Positions 62,976 to 64,000 of a stretch of 64,000 bases of DNA are shown in pieces; within the stretch, counting starts at the first letter, position 1; each line of letters starts with the position of its first letter. The translations under genes and the position numbers were made by a program. This stretch comes from Paragordius varius (Eukaryota > Animalia > Nematomorpha). The stretch is from the NCBI GenBank assembly GCA_964247055.1, contig OZ176050.1, positions 7,874,001 to 7,938,000 of the forward strand, written 5' to 3'. The notes below the pieces were generated by a model. The model had not been told where the DNA came from. It saw only the letters and a list, made by a program, of their open reading frames with translations, and ran no database searches.

Positions 62976-64000
62976 GGTATATCAAGTTTTAGCTGGTAAA
63001 AGCCTTTTAAAGTTAATATTAACATCTAACCATAATATACATTTATTTGCCTGTTGCATTAGGGATTTAAAATATAAAAAAATGGCGGCAAAAAAATTGA
63101 GATGAGGTTTTTTTACTTTTTTTAAAACAAAATTCGTAGCCTAATGGTTAAAGAAGGCATATTTTTAAATTCGGTTTATACCTCAAATACTTTTAAAATA
63201 CTAAATTACAACTCTGGGATAAAACCCCAAAAGGTAATATATTTTGTTATTTTAATTACCTTGAAAAGTTATAAAAATTGTCTAAAATATTTACAACAAA
63301 TGTAAATTATTATTCACACTTCATTGCCGTTTGGGGTAGTTTATAACCAAGAGTAATTAATTAGATTATCATCAAAATTATTTAAGTGGGACTTAGGAGA
63401 GCATGCGTCAAAAATACAGTGTTCACAAAAAAATAGGCTGATTATATATATATATTCTAATGTGACCAGATACTGTTTTTCGCAGTACTGTATTGGATTT
63501 TCAGAAACAAATGCTACTGTACTGCGCCCACTTTTGTACTGCCTTTTAAAATTAAAAAAATTAATTATTATAATTATATATTAATTACCTTTTATATATT
63601 CAAAAAAATTATTTTAAAATTGGACATAGTACTCACTGTAAAAATAAACCCATAATTTGTAAAGAAATGGGTCATTTTGCGGTAAAAAACTCAGATTGGC
63701 CTATTTTTAATTGTTTAATATTTTGTTTTCTGCTCGAATTATACATAAAATTGGATTTTGGATCGGTCAAACCGCTTATGATTCCGCTTTCGCACAGTGG
63801 TTAAACTATAAATCTCGGACACCACAGTAAGATTCAGGCTAATGGCTCTTTCACTCAGGGCTCCGCAAAAAGAAAATTTAAAATTAACAAAATATGATAT
63901 TTTAATAAATTTTTGATCTAGTTTAGAAAGTTCATTTTTTGTTAAAATTATTAAACGGAAAATTATATAGGAAATTGTTATTCCCGTAACATATTAGTTA

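Overview
Very AT-rich (roughly a quarter GC by eye) animal nuclear DNA. I could assemble seven intron-containing genes by hand: MRPL1 (-), a secreted trypsin-family serine protease (+), RPA12/POLR1H (-), an LDLa-CUB transmembrane protein (+), URB1/Npa1 (-), DDX19/Dbp5 (+) and heparan sulfate N-deacetylase/N-sulfotransferase NDST (-). There is also one orphan ORF. Introns and intergenic DNA are packed with non-autonomous elements: hAT-, Tc1/mariner- and piggyBac-like MITEs, a Helitron and LINE remnants. The strongest signal is a class of ultra-short GT-AG introns (21-32 nt) that five genes need for their reading frames. They sit in the same genes as introns of up to about 3 kb. The second is a minimal type I hammerhead ribozyme fold inside an inverted-repeat element in an NDST intron. 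All gene models are manual and lack transcript support, and the species cannot be identified from sequence alone.
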